This document shows, one piece after another, positions 1 to 9,310 of a stretch of DNA of 64,000 nucleotides (position 1 is the stretch's first letter; each line of letters starts with the position of its first letter). The position numbers and the translations under genes were made by a program. Below the pieces are notes generated by a model. It saw only the letters and a list, made by a program, of their open reading frames with translations, was not told the origin of the DNA and ran no database searches. Source of the stretch: an uncultured Gammaproteobacteria bacterium (lineage in GTDB: Bacteria; Pseudomonadota; Gammaproteobacteria; UBA9214); the NCBI GenBank assembly GCA_963824045.1, contig CAWGNW010000009.1, forward strand, positions 95,182 through 159,181, written 5' to 3'.

Positions 1-1
1 G

Positions 2-427
2 GACCCGCACAACCTGGGGGCCTGCCTGCGCACGGCGGATGCGGCAGGCGTGCATGCCGTCATCCTGCCGCGCGACCGGGCGGCCGGCATCACGCCGGTC
101 GTGCACAAGGTGGCGTGCGGCGCGGCCGAGTCTGTCCCGGTCTGCTTCGTAACCAACCTTGCACGCACCCTGCGTACGCTTCGGAATGCCGGGATCTGGA
201 TTTACGGCGCCAGCGACGCGGCGGAGCAGGATCTGTATGACACCGAACTGTCCGGGCCGCTGGCCCTGGCACTGGGTGGCGAGGGAAAGGGCCTGCGCCG
301 CCTGACCGCAGAACTGTGCGATTTCCTGGTCGCCATTCCGATGGCCGGTCAGGTGGAAAGCCTGAATGTCTCGGTTGCTGCCGGCGTGCTGCTCTTCGAG
401 GCCCGCCGCCAGCGGAATAGGAGGTAG
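2..427 (+). CDS. rlmB: 23S rRNA (guanosine-2'-O)-methyltransferase RlmB, C-terminal SpoU/TrmH domain; 5' end lies outside the window
   Basis: The frame is open from base 2. Translation [23 protein letters not shown]...[11 protein letters not shown]...[19 protein letters not shown] matches the SpoU methylase motifs of RlmB. Confidence 0.85.
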   Translation, partial: DPHNLGACLRTADAAGVHAVILPRDRAAGITPVVHKVACGAAESVPVCFVTNLARTLRTLRNAGIWIYGASDAAEQDLYDTELSGPLALALGGEGKGLRRLTAELCDFLVAIPMAGQVESLNVSVAAGVLLFEARRQRNRR

Positions 428-461
428 AGGATAGACCTCGTTTTTTGTTCCCGGCAAGCGC

Positions 462-606
462 GCCGGAGGAAGGGGCTCCTGCAGGTGCTTCCAGTGGGGT
501 AGGAGCGGTCACCCGACCGCGATGCGGTGCTGACAATTAACCGCGCCGGGGGGTGGGGTTCAGGCGCACAGGGGTAATAAGCCCTCGGGGGTGCTCCTGC
601 AGGTAA
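462..606. repeat. REP-like structured repeat, family A, locus 1 (about 1.5 units)
   Basis: Contains gtaggagcggtcacccgaccgcgatgcggt, with hairpin gcggtca-cc-cgaccgc, flanked by gctcctgcaggt on both sides. The same core recurs near 20.2 kb, 40.1 kb and 62.6 kb. Confidence 0.8.
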
Positions 607-637
607 AAACCGTGGTCTGTCCCCGTTTTATCCCCAA

Positions 638-666
638 TTGCATCTCCATTCAGCCTCACGTAGAAT
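638..666 (+). promoter_or_regulatory. Candidate sigma-70 promoter of the rpsF operon (TTGCAT-17 nt-TAGAAT, GC-rich discriminator)
   Basis: TTGCAT at 638-643 and TAGAAT at 661-666, followed by gcgcgc. It lies about 95 nt upstream of rpsF. Confidence 0.5.
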
Positions 667-759
667 GCGCGCTCTTTAAAAAGAAGCTGAAATTCAGCTG
701 AGTACATAACTCCTTGCTTTTCGCGCGGCGGAAGGCTTTCAATCCATAAGGGGTCTTTG

Positions 760-1191
760 ATGAGACATTATGAAATAGTGTTTCTGGTCCACCCTGACCA
801 GAGCGAGCAGGTGCCTGCCATGATTGAGCGCTATCGCACCTCGATCGAAGCCGATGGTGGCAAGATTCACCGTCTGGAAGACTGGGGCCGTCGCCAGCTG
901 GCCTACCCGATCCAGAAGCTGCACAAGGCCCACTACGTGCTGATGAACATCGAGTGCAGCACCGCTGTCCTGGAAGAACTGACCAGTGCCTTCCGTTTCA
1001 ATGACGCCGTCATCCGCAATATGGTGATCAACCGCAAGGAGCCTGTCACCGAGATCTCCTTGCTGGCCAAGCGGCCGGAAGACAAGCGCGAGCGTCCTGT
1101 GCGTGACGATGCGGACGCGGAAGAGGATGACAGCGATGAGGAAATGTCGGACGAAGAGTCTGATGAGCGTGAAGCGGAAACTGACGCTTAA
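760..1191 (+). CDS. rpsF: 30S ribosomal protein S6 with a long acidic C-terminal tail
   Basis: [25 protein letters not shown]...[20 protein letters not shown] is the S6 signature. ATG at 760 follows the TTG at 757, with an aagggg SD upstream. Confidence 0.95.
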   Translation: MRHYEIVFLVHPDQSEQVPAMIERYRTSIEADGGKIHRLEDWGRRQLAYPIQKLHKAHYVLMNIECSTAVLEELTSAFRFNDAVIRNMVINRKEPVTEISLLAKRPEDKRERPVRDDADAEEDDSDEEMSDEESDEREAETDA

Positions 1192-1234
1192 GCTGAATAA
1201 CCTGCGATCAAAGCACTGAAGAGGTACACAGAAC

Positions 1235-1459
1235 ATGGCCCGTTATTATCGTCGCCGCAAATTCTGCCGTTTCACGGCGGAAGGCACCAAGGAAATTGAT
1301 TACAAGGATCTCGCGGTTCTGAAGCAGTATGTTTCCGAAACCGGCAAGATCGTTCCGAGTCGCATCACCGGCACCAAGGCACGCTATCAGCGCCAGCTGT
1401 CCACCGCGATCAAGCGCGCGCGCTATCTTGCCCTGCTGCCTTATTGCGACGCGCACTAG
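1235..1459 (+). CDS. rpsR: 30S ribosomal protein S18
   Basis: [17 protein letters not shown]...[32 protein letters not shown] is the S18 signature. Confidence 0.95.
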   Translation: MARYYRRRKFCRFTAEGTKEIDYKDLAVLKQYVSETGKIVPSRITGTKARYQRQLSTAIKRARYLALLPYCDAH

Positions 1460-1518
1460 CGCTGCACCGGGATGACACGCGGCTGACCGGGCTTGTCGGC
1501 GTCGCGGCGAACTGACCC

Positions 1519-2433
1519 GTGAAGGCACTGGCCGGTTACATTGTCAGCGGTCGCTGGCAGGCAGCCCTGGTGACCACCGCCAGCGGCTTGCTGGCACTGT
1601 TGCTGCTGCCCCTGGGTTGCCTGGGCGCGGCGGCCATCGCGCTGGTGACCCTGTATGTCGGGGTGCTGCCAGGGCTGCAGGTGATGGTGTTCGCGGCGGC
1701 CAGCACAATACTGTTGTACCAGCTTGCAGGTGTGCAGACCGCGGTCGCAATCGTCATGGTACTGCTGCTGTGGTTACCCTGCTGGCTTGTGGCGGCAATC
1801 CTGCAGCAGACGCGGGACCTGAGTGCCGCACTGAAGGCGGCCACCCTGTTCGGCGCGACGCTGCTGTTGCTGGTGTATGCCAGCATCCAGGAACCCGCGG
1901 TGGTATGGCTGGAAGTTCTGAAAGCCCTGCTGGCGATGTTCGAGAAAGCCGGCTTCAGGCTGGAAGGCCTGTCCGACGAACAGCTGCTGCAGCAATTTGC
2001 GGCCCTGATGACAGGCGTGACGCTGTCCTGGCTGGTGCTCGGCATCACGGCAAGCCTGTTGCTGGCACGCTGGTGGCAGTCGGCGCTGGTACGCCCGGGA
2101 GCCTTCCGGGACGAGTTCTGCAAGCTGCGCCTGGGCAACCTGGCTGGACTGCTGACCCTGGGCATGCTGCTGGTCGCACGCCTGACGCAGGGCACGATCA
2201 GCGAGGTCACCGCCCAGCTGGCAATGATCATGCTGGTGCCCTACCTGCTGACGGGGCTGGCGGTGGTACACAGCCTGGTGAAACGGACAGGGCGCGGCTA
2301 TGGCTGGCTGGCGGCGGTTTACCTGCTGCTTGCCTTCGTGCCGCAAACCACACTGCTGCTTGCCGCCGGTGGATTGCTGGATACCTGGGTTGATCTGCGT
2401 CGCCGGCTGGGCCGGGACGAACGCAGTCACTGA
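1519..2433 (+). CDS. Polytopic inner-membrane protein (DUF2232-like) embedded in the rpsF-rpsR-rplI cluster
   Basis: 304-aa ORF with a GTG start and many hydrophobic helices. It sits between rpsR and rplI, as in many proteobacteria. The family name is from memory only. Confidence 0.6.
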   Translation: MKALAGYIVSGRWQAALVTTASGLLALLLLPLGCLGAAAIALVTLYVGVLPGLQVMVFAAASTILLYQLAGVQTAVAIVMVLLLWLPCWLVAAILQQTRDLSAALKAATLFGATLLLLVYASIQEPAVVWLEVLKALLAMFEKAGFRLEGLSDEQLLQQFAALMTGVTLSWLVLGITASLLLARWWQSALVRPGAFRDEFCKLRLGNLAGLLTLGMLLVARLTQGTISEVTAQLAMIMLVPYLLTGLAVVHSLVKRTGRGYGWLAAVYLLLAFVPQTTLLLAAGGLLDTWVDLRRRLGRDERSH

Positions 2434-2467
2434 CACTGAAATGATTTGACAGAAAGAGGTTGCAACA

Positions 2468-2914
2468 ATGGAAGTCATTCTGCTGGAAAAGATCGAAAAC
2501 CTCGGCGTGATGGGTGACAAGGTTAACGTCAAACCGGGGTACGGACGTAATTACCTGATACCGAAAGGCAAGGCCGCACCTGCGACCGAAGCCAATATCG
2601 CCGCGTTTGAAACGCGCCGTGCCGAACTGGAAAAGGTCGCAGCCGAGACCCTGGCCGTTGCCGAAGCGCGCCGCGACAAGCTCGCCGGGATAAATATCAC
2701 CATCACCGCCAGGGCCGGTGATGAAGGCAAGCTGTTCGGTTCGATCGGCACCGCCGATATCGCCGAGTCGATCAATGCGACCGGTGTCACGGTTGAGCGC
2801 CATGAAGTGCGGCTGCCTGACGGGGCCTTTCGCCAGGTGGGTGAGTATGACGTTGAGCTGCATCTGCATACCGACGTCAATACCACCATCAAGCTGACGA
2901 TTGCAGCCGAATAA
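2468..2914 (+). CDS. rplI: 50S ribosomal protein L9
   Basis: [36 protein letters not shown] is the L9 N-terminal signature. Confidence 0.95.
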   Translation: MEVILLEKIENLGVMGDKVNVKPGYGRNYLIPKGKAAPATEANIAAFETRRAELEKVAAETLAVAEARRDKLAGINITITARAGDEGKLFGSIGTADIAESINATGVTVERHEVRLPDGAFRQVGEYDVELHLHTDVNTTIKLTIAAE

Positions 2915-3127
2915 TAACAAACCATCTGCAGGGTTCCCTGCAAGTTGTTGATAGCGCTATAGCTGACAGGTGGCCGCATGCGGCCATCTGTCACTGTGCA
3001 CATCGCAGCCAGCCCTGACGCATAAAGACAGCTAAAAAACAAGCATGTCATTGCATGCGCTTTGTGTTATTTATTGCGCGTCGGCATGCATGCCGACAGC
3101 ACCCACCCGGAGAATAATGACGGACAC

Positions 3128-4525
3128 ATGGCTGAATTACTGCGTTCACCAGATGTAATTCATTCCGACATGGACGGTCTGAAAGTACCACCACAATCCA
3201 TCCAGGCCGAGCAGGCGGTACTCGGCGGCCTGATGCTGGATAACAGCAGCTGGGATACGGTTGCGGACCGGGTTTCCGAAGAAGACTTCTACCGTCGTGA
3301 TCACCGCCTGATCTTCAGGGCTGTTGCACAGCTCGCCGAGCAGAACCAGCCGATGGATGCGGTCACCCTGTCCGAGTGGCTCAGTCACAACCGCTTGCTG
3401 GACGAGGTCGGCGGTCTGGTGGCGCTGGGTACACTGGCGCAGAACACACCCAGTGCCGCCAATATCAAGGCCTATGCTGACATCGTGCGGGAAAAATCCG
3501 TGATGCGGCAGCTCATCGAGGTGGGCAACCGCATCGCCAACAGCGGTTTTTCCCCCGAAGGCCGCGACACCAGCGAGTTGCTGGATAATGCGGAAAAGCT
3601 GGTGTTCGATATTGCCGAGCAGGGCAGCCGCGGCAAAAGCGGTTTCCGCACTATCCGTACCCTGCTGGCCGCCGCCGTTGACCGGATCGATATGCTGTTC
3701 CAGCAGGATGATGCGATTACCGGCGTGTCCACCGGATTTACCGATATCGATGACATGACGGCGGGCCTGCAGCCTTCCGACCTGATTATCGTCGCCGGAC
3801 GCCCCTCCATGGGCAAGACCACGCTGGCAGTCAACTTCGCGGAAAACGCGGCGATCAAACACCAGGTTCCCGTCGCCATTTTCAGCATGGAAATGCCGGG
3901 CGAACAGCTGGCGCTGCGTATGATGTCCTCGCTGGGTCATATCGACCAGCACAAGGTGCGCACCGGCAAGCTGGAGGACGACGACTGGCCGCGGCTGACT
4001 TCAGCCGTGAGCCTGCTGGACAATGCACCCATCTTTATCGATGACACCCCGGCGCTGTCGCCGATGGAATTGCGCGCCCGCGCCCGGCGCCTGAAGCGGG
4101 AACACAACCTCGGACTGATCGTTATCGATTACCTGCAACTGATGCAGACCGGGCATGCCGAAAACCGTACCACGGAAATATCCGAGATTTCGCGCAACCT
4201 GAAGGCACTGGCCAAGGAACTGCACGTACCCGTCATCGCCCTGTCGCAGCTGAACCGCAGCCTGGAACAACGCGCCGACAAGCGCCCGGTCATGTCTGAC
4301 CTGCGCGAGTCGGGCGCCATCGAGCAGGACGCCGACGTCATCATGTTCATCTACCGCGACGAGGTCTACAACGAGGACAGCCCGCACAAGGGACTCGCCG
4401 AGATCATCATCGGCAAGCAGCGCAACGGCCCGATCGGCTCGCGCCTGCTCACCTTCCGTGGTCAGTTCACCCGCTTCGAAAACTACGCAGCGGAAAGCCG
4501 TTACAGCGGCGGTGAGTTTGGATGA
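3128..4525 (+). CDS. dnaB: Replicative DNA helicase DnaB
   Basis: LKVPPQSIQAEQAVLGGLMLDN, Walker A GRPSMGKT and RecA-like C-terminal motifs. ATG 3128 is preferred over the ORF-track start 3062 because an 18-bp palindrome occupies 3080-3097. Confidence 0.93.
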   Translation: MAELLRSPDVIHSDMDGLKVPPQSIQAEQAVLGGLMLDNSSWDTVADRVSEEDFYRRDHRLIFRAVAQLAEQNQPMDAVTLSEWLSHNRLLDEVGGLVALGTLAQNTPSAANIKAYADIVREKSVMRQLIEVGNRIANSGFSPEGRDTSELLDNAEKLVFDIAEQGSRGKSGFRTIRTLLAAAVDRIDMLFQQDDAITGVSTGFTDIDDMTAGLQPSDLIIVAGRPSMGKTTLAVNFAENAAIKHQVPVAIFSMEMPGEQLALRMMSSLGHIDQHKVRTGKLEDDDWPRLTSAVSLLDNAPIFIDDTPALSPMELRARARRLKREHNLGLIVIDYLQLMQTGHAENRTTEISEISRNLKALAKELHVPVIALSQLNRSLEQRADKRPVMSDLRESGAIEQDADVIMFIYRDEVYNEDSPHKGLAEIIIGKQRNGPIGSRLLTFRGQFTRFENYAAESRYSGGEFG

Positions 4526-5598
4526 CGCGACCTGCCAGGGCACGTATCGATCTGCAGGCACTTCGGCATAACTTCTCCCGCGTTCGACAGGCGGCACCTG
4601 ACAGCCGCACCATGGCCATCATCAAGGCGAATGCCTACGGCCACGGCACGGTCGAGATCGCGCGGGCCCTGCCTGATGCCACGGCCTTCGGCGTGGCTTG
4701 CCTGGAGGAGGCCATCGCCCTGCGCGAGGCCGGTTTTGACCGCCGCATCGTGCTGCTCGAAGGCCCGTTCACGCCGGATGACACCGGCCTGATCAATGCC
4801 TACCGGCTGGACGTGGTCGTGCACCACGACAGCCAGCTTGAGCTGCTGCAGCAGGGCCGTATGAACCGGCCGGTCGATGTCTGGCTGAAGGTCGATACCG
4901 GCATGAACCGGCTCGGCTTCGCACCGGACAGCGTCGCGGCGGTCAGGGCACGGCTTGCCGGCATCGCAGGGGTGGGTGAGGTGCGCCTCATGACGCATTT
5001 CGCCTGTGCTGACGACCTCTCCAGTGACTATACCCGGGAACAACTGCAGCGCTTCACGGCTATCGCCGCGCAGCTGCCGGGTGAATGTTCGCTGGCCAAC
5101 TCCGCGGCCGTTCTCGGCTGGCCGGATACACACGCCGACTGGGTCAGGCCCGGCGTAATGCTCTATGGAAGTTCCCCGCTGCTTGGCAGGACTGCCGGTG
5201 AACTCGACCTGCGGCCGGTGATGACGCTGACAACGCGGCTCATCGCAGTCAACGCGCGCAGGCGGGGTGACCCTGTCGGTTACAGTGGCGACTGGGTCTG
5301 TGCAAGCGATACCAACATTGGCGTTGCAGCCATCGGTTATGCCGACGGTTATCCGCGGCATGCGCCCGGCGGCATGCCCGTCCTGGTGAATGGCGAGCGC
5401 GTACCGCTTGCCGGGCGCGTCTCCATGGACATGATCTGCCTGGACCTGGGCTCCCGGCGTCTGGCGCAGGTGGGCGACGAAGTGGTCCTCTGGGGTGCAG
5501 GACTGCCGATTGACGAAGTGGCGGCCATGGCAGGTACGATCTCCTACGAACTGTTTTGCGGTGTCGGTCAACGGGTGCAACTCGACTACCTGGAATAA
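4522..5598 (+). CDS. alr: Alanine racemase
   Basis: PLP-lysine motif AIIKANAYGHG. ATGA start/stop overlap with dnaB. Confidence 0.9.
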   Translation: MTRPARARIDLQALRHNFSRVRQAAPDSRTMAIIKANAYGHGTVEIARALPDATAFGVACLEEAIALREAGFDRRIVLLEGPFTPDDTGLINAYRLDVVVHHDSQLELLQQGRMNRPVDVWLKVDTGMNRLGFAPDSVAAVRARLAGIAGVGEVRLMTHFACADDLSSDYTREQLQRFTAIAAQLPGECSLANSAAVLGWPDTHADWVRPGVMLYGSSPLLGRTAGELDLRPVMTLTTRLIAVNARRRGDPVGYSGDWVCASDTNIGVAAIGYADGYPRHAPGGMPVLVNGERVPLAGRVSMDMICLDLGSRRLAQVGDEVVLWGAGLPIDEVAAMAGTISYELFCGVGQRVQLDYLE

Positions 5599-5882
5599 GC
5601 GGCGCTGCGGCACGCCGTTTCTTGACAACATCCGTCCAGCAACTAAGCTTCCCTTGCCGGCCGATAAAAACCAGCGATTAATGTATAGGAAAAACCTGTA
5701 CGTATCGCCAGATCACCGCCGTTTCAGGCATGCGGTAAGTACAATTACTTATCAATAGTTTTGATGTGACGGGGTGATGGTTGCGCCAGGCAGTGTATTT
5801 CACGCAGTCGTATTGCTTACTGCGTTCATGTCTTGATGGGGAAGACGCGGGCAGGTAAACGGAAACACCGGGGAGGTCCAAG

Positions 5883-6149
5883 ATGGCTGAAGTTGCTTAT
5901 TCCGCAAGACAGGAACCGGATCACAGTGTGGAAATCGTGATACACGTTGACGAGGCACTGGCAGAAAGCAAGCGTAAAGAGGTGGTCAGTGTGCTGGAAA
6001 ACAACGATGGCATTATCTCGGCCGAGTTCTGCCCCCTGCGCTATCACCTGATGCTGGTCAGGTATGACAGGGAAACATTCAATTCACAGGATGTGCTTGG
6101 CAAGGTCACTGACCAGGGCGTGCGGGCAGAGCTGATCGGTCCCGTATAG
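5883..6149 (+). CDS. Small hypothetical protein (88 aa)
   Basis: ORF with a ggagg SD 7 nt upstream, followed by a strong intrinsic terminator. I recognise no family motif. Confidence 0.55.
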   Translation: MAEVAYSARQEPDHSVEIVIHVDEALAESKRKEVVSVLENNDGIISAEFCPLRYHLMLVRYDRETFNSQDVLGKVTDQGVRAELIGPV

Positions 6150-6163
6150 CTGATCCGTACATG

Positions 6164-6196
6164 GCTCCCCGGACTCGCGTCCGGGGAGCTTTTTTA
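6164..6196 (+). terminator. Rho-independent terminator
   Basis: gctccccgg-actcgcgt-ccggggagc followed by tttttt. Confidence 0.8.
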
Positions 6197-6294
6197 TTGC
6201 CGCAGGCCTGGCCGGGCAGATTCCTGGTAACACCGCACCCTGCCCGTTGCGGGTGACGTCCGCCCGCGAACCGGTTAATCTAGCGGCCCATATC

Positions 6295-7665
6295 ATGGCG
6301 AAAACCAGGACAATATACAGCTGCAGTGCCTGCGGGGCACAGGCGGCGCAATGGGCGGGACGGTGCGGCGATTGCGGTGGCTGGAATACGCTCACCGAGG
6401 TGATGGCCGCGGTGACGCCGGTAGCCGGGCGGTTTGCCGGTTACAGTGGCAAGGCTTCCTCCGGGGTGATCTCCCTGGCCGCGGTGCCATCGAGTACGCA
6501 CATACGCACCTCGGTCGGCATGCAGGAACTGGATCGTGTGCTGGGGGGCGGTCTGGTTGCCGGTTCGGTGGTCCTGATCGGCGGCGATCCCGGTATTGGC
6601 AAATCGACCCTGCTGCTGCAGGTGCTGGCGACGCTGTCGGCTGACCTGGCCACCCTGTACGTCACCGGGGAGGAATCCCCGCAGCAGATCGCGCTGCGGG
6701 CCAGGCGGCTGGGTATTCGCGGTGATGCCATCAGCCTGCTGTCGGAGACCTCGGTCGAACGGATTATCGCGATCGCGGCCAGGGAGCAGCCCCGTGTCAT
6801 GGTGCTGGATTCCATCCAGACGCTGTACACCGAGGCACTGCAGTCCGCGCCCGGGTCGGTGGCACAGGTGCGGGAGAGTGCAGCGCAACTGGTGCGTTTC
6901 GCCAAGCAATCCGGTATTGCCATGTTCCTGGTCGGGCATGTGACCAAGGAGGGCACGCTCGCCGGTCCGCGGGTGCTGGAACACATGGTGGATACCGTGC
7001 TGTATTTCGAAGGCGGCTCGGGCGAGCGCTACCGTATCCTGCGGGCCATCAAGAATCGTTTCGGTGCCGTCAACGAGATCGGCGTGTTCGCCATGAGCGA
7101 GGAGGGGTTGAAGGAAGTCCGCAATCCCTCGGCGATTTTTCTGTCTCGCCAGGAGACCGCCGTCCCGGGCAGCGTGGTTATGGTGACGTGGGAAGGGACC
7201 CGCCCGCTACTGGTAGAGGTGCAGGCGCTGGTCGACCAGAGCCAGCTGGGGAATCCGCGGCGCGTGGCGCTGGGCCTGGAGCAGAACCGGCTGTCAATGC
7301 TGCTGGCGGTACTGCACCGCCACGGCGGCCTGGCACTCGGTGATCAGGATGTGTTCGTCAACGTTGTGGGCGGCGTGCGGGTCACGGAAACCGCCGCGGA
7401 CCTGGCGGTCCTGCTGGCCGTCATGTCCAGCTTTCGCAACCGGCCGCTGCCGTCCGACCTGATCGTGTTCGCGGAAGTCGGCCTGTCCGGAGAACTGCGG
7501 CCGGTGCCGAATGGCCAGGAGCGGCTGTACGAGGCTGTCAAGCACGGCTTCCACCAGGCGATCATTCCGCCCGCCAACAAGCCCAGACGGGCGATTGAGG
7601 GCCTTGAGGTGTCGGCCTTGTCGCGCCTGTCGCAGGTGCTGGACAGGGTTTCAGAACAGTTCTGA
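6295..7665 (+). CDS. radA: DNA repair protein RadA (Sms)
   Basis: N-terminal zinc ribbon CSACGAQAAQWAGRCGDCGGWNT, Walker A GGDPGIGKST, KNRFG motif and Lon-like C-terminus. ATG 6295 is preferred. Confidence 0.93.
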   Translation: MAKTRTIYSCSACGAQAAQWAGRCGDCGGWNTLTEVMAAVTPVAGRFAGYSGKASSGVISLAAVPSSTHIRTSVGMQELDRVLGGGLVAGSVVLIGGDPGIGKSTLLLQVLATLSADLATLYVTGEESPQQIALRARRLGIRGDAISLLSETSVERIIAIAAREQPRVMVLDSIQTLYTEALQSAPGSVAQVRESAAQLVRFAKQSGIAMFLVGHVTKEGTLAGPRVLEHMVDTVLYFEGGSGERYRILRAIKNRFGAVNEIGVFAMSEEGLKEVRNPSAIFLSRQETAVPGSVVMVTWEGTRPLLVEVQALVDQSQLGNPRRVALGLEQNRLSMLLAVLHRHGGLALGDQDVFVNVVGGVRVTETAADLAVLLAVMSSFRNRPLPSDLIVFAEVGLSGELRPVPNGQERLYEAVKHGFHQAIIPPANKPRRAIEGLEVSALSRLSQVLDRVSEQF

Positions 7666-8625
7666 CAGCTCGCGCTCCAGCAGGGCGCTGTCCGCGAGAT
7701 TCAGTTTCACCAGCCAGCGGACCTCCTCCCTGCCGCCGGCATCCATCTCGATGAATGCCATGCCGATGCGGTCTTCATGGATCTGCCGGATCACAACCTG
7801 CAGGGTCAGGATCGGGCGGTTGTGCAGCTGCAGGGTCAGGATCGAGCGGTCACCGGTCTTTCCCGACCAGCCGGCCGGGTGTGCGACCAGGACCCCGTTC
7901 AGCGACAGGTCGATGAGATGCGTTTCCCACTGCTGGCCCGCATTGCCGAGCGTTGCCGGCACGTCCAGTGCCACCCGGGTGAAATGCCGCTGCTGCGGAG
8001 TGGCTGGTCCGCACTCCGCCACGCCGCGGTTCGCTGCATCGGGGCTGCTGCAGAATTCGAAGGTCGTGGTGTCGATTTCGATGGTGTCACCGTCATTCAG
8101 CGGGTACGGGTCCTCGCCGACGGGGGTGTGATTGACGCGCGGAAATTCATTCCCCTCCAGGTGTGACAGGTAATAACCATCACTGCGGCGGCTGATCATG
8201 ACAGCAATACTGCCGGTCTTGCCAAACCGGGTGACTGCCCCCGTCAGGCGAATGACGCGGCCGCGGGACTTGCCGCCCGTGACCTTGAGGTAACCTGAAC
8301 GCTGTCGATCTCCGGGCCCGGTGGCTGGTTCCTCCTGGACGGATTCGCTGAACAGCAATGTAAAGTCGCCCAAATGAATGACATCGCCATCGATCAGGTA
8401 ATGGGTTTCGGCGTAGCCGTGATTGACCTGCAGCTGCCGGTTCGGATTGCTGCTGGAGAGGACGAAGCGCTTGTCCTGGTGCGTGATGCTGGCGAGGGGT
8501 TCGGCTTCGCCGTTGTCAGCGATGCGAATGTCACATTCGGGGCCGGAACCGATCCACATGCGTGTGCCGGTGAGAAACAGTGTCTTCAGGGTCTTGTTGT
8601 CGCGGGTAAGAATGAGCTTTGCCAT
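7651..8625 (-). CDS. PilZ-domain (c-di-GMP receptor) protein with two N-terminal FHA-like modules
   Basis: The C-terminal part has the PilZ motifs RHFTR (RxxxR) and DLSLNG (D/NxSxxG). Two N-terminal segments of about 95 aa follow an FHA-like pattern (IGS..CDIRI...LxDGDxIxLG..F). The 3' end overlaps the radA 3' end by 15 nt. Confidence 0.7.
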   Translation of the reverse strand: MAKLILTRDNKTLKTLFLTGTRMWIGSGPECDIRIADNGEAEPLASITHQDKRFVLSSSNPNRQLQVNHGYAETHYLIDGDVIHLGDFTLLFSESVQEEPATGPGDRQRSGYLKVTGGKSRGRVIRLTGAVTRFGKTGSIAVMISRRSDGYYLSHLEGNEFPRVNHTPVGEDPYPLNDGDTIEIDTTTFEFCSSPDAANRGVAECGPATPQQRHFTRVALDVPATLGNAGQQWETHLIDLSLNGVLVAHPAGWSGKTGDRSILTLQLHNRPILTLQVVIRQIHEDRIGMAFIEMDAGGREEVRWLVKLNLADSALLERELSELF

Positions 8626-8643
8626 GGGTGTATGACAGTGGTG

Positions 8644-9045
8644 TCAGTCTTCGTCCTTGTCCAGCTTTAATGACGCCGAGTTGACGCAGTAACGCAGCCC
8701 GCTGGGGGTGGGTCCATCCTCGAAGACATGCCCGAGGTGTGCGCCGCAGTTGTTGCACATGACTTCCACGCGCAGCATGCCGTGACTGGCGTCGGTTTCC
8801 GTCCTGATGTCAGCCGATTTCTCCGGGCGTGTAAAGCTGGGCCAGCCGGTGCCGGAATCGAACTTGTCGGCGGAACTGAACAGGGGCGCACCGCAGCAGA
8901 TGCAGCGATAGATGCCGCTGTCGTGGCAGTCGTGATACTGGCCGCTGAACGGGCGCTCGGTACCCTTGCGCCGGGTTACTTCGTGCGTTTCCGGCGGCAG
9001 CACGGCGCGCCATTCGGCATCACTCTTGTTGTGTTTGTCAGTCAT
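8644..9045 (-). CDS. msrB: Peptide-methionine (R)-S-oxide reductase MsrB
   Basis: [13 protein letters not shown]...GWPSF...[16 protein letters not shown] is the MsrB zinc and catalytic signature. ATG 9045 has a ggagg SD. Confidence 0.9.
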   Translation of the reverse strand: MTDKHNKSDAEWRAVLPPETHEVTRRKGTERPFSGQYHDCHDSGIYRCICCGAPLFSSADKFDSGTGWPSFTRPEKSADIRTETDASHGMLRVEVMCNNCGAHLGHVFEDGPTPSGLRYCVNSASLKLDKDED

Positions 9046-9310
9046 GCGGCTCCTCCGCTTGCTTGCCAGTGTAGATACGCGTGCTATCCGCCTGCAATGT
9101 TTGCAGGAATTCCCTGGCCGTGGCAATGCCTATTTCGGCCTCGGCGCGTGCCTGCGGGCTGCTGTTGTTCGCGGCCTCGGACTCGGCCCATTGCAGGAAT
9201 TCGCTGACCGCAGCAGCCTGCTCGTCATGCGGAAGTGATTTCAGGTAATCGCTGGGCCGTGCCCGGATGCGGTTACCGGCTGTCACCTCGAGATTGAACA
9301 GCAGCTTCAT
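9038..9310 (-). CDS. Hypothetical protein (90 aa)
   Basis: The ORF is translationally coupled on both sides: its start overlaps the stop of the upstream CorC-like gene, and its 3' end overlaps the msrB start by 8 nt. No motif recognised. Confidence 0.5.
   Translation of the reverse strand: MKLLFNLEVTAGNRIRARPSDYLKSLPHDEQAAAVSEFLQWAESEAANNSSPQARAEAEIGIATAREFLQTLQADSTRIYTGKQAEEPHD

Noticed and set aside
3062-3127. Longer dnaB start and a possible intein
   Set aside because: The upstream extension is occupied by a perfect palindrome and does not align with DnaB N-termini. At about 465 aa, the protein from ATG 3128 is of normal length with contiguous motifs.
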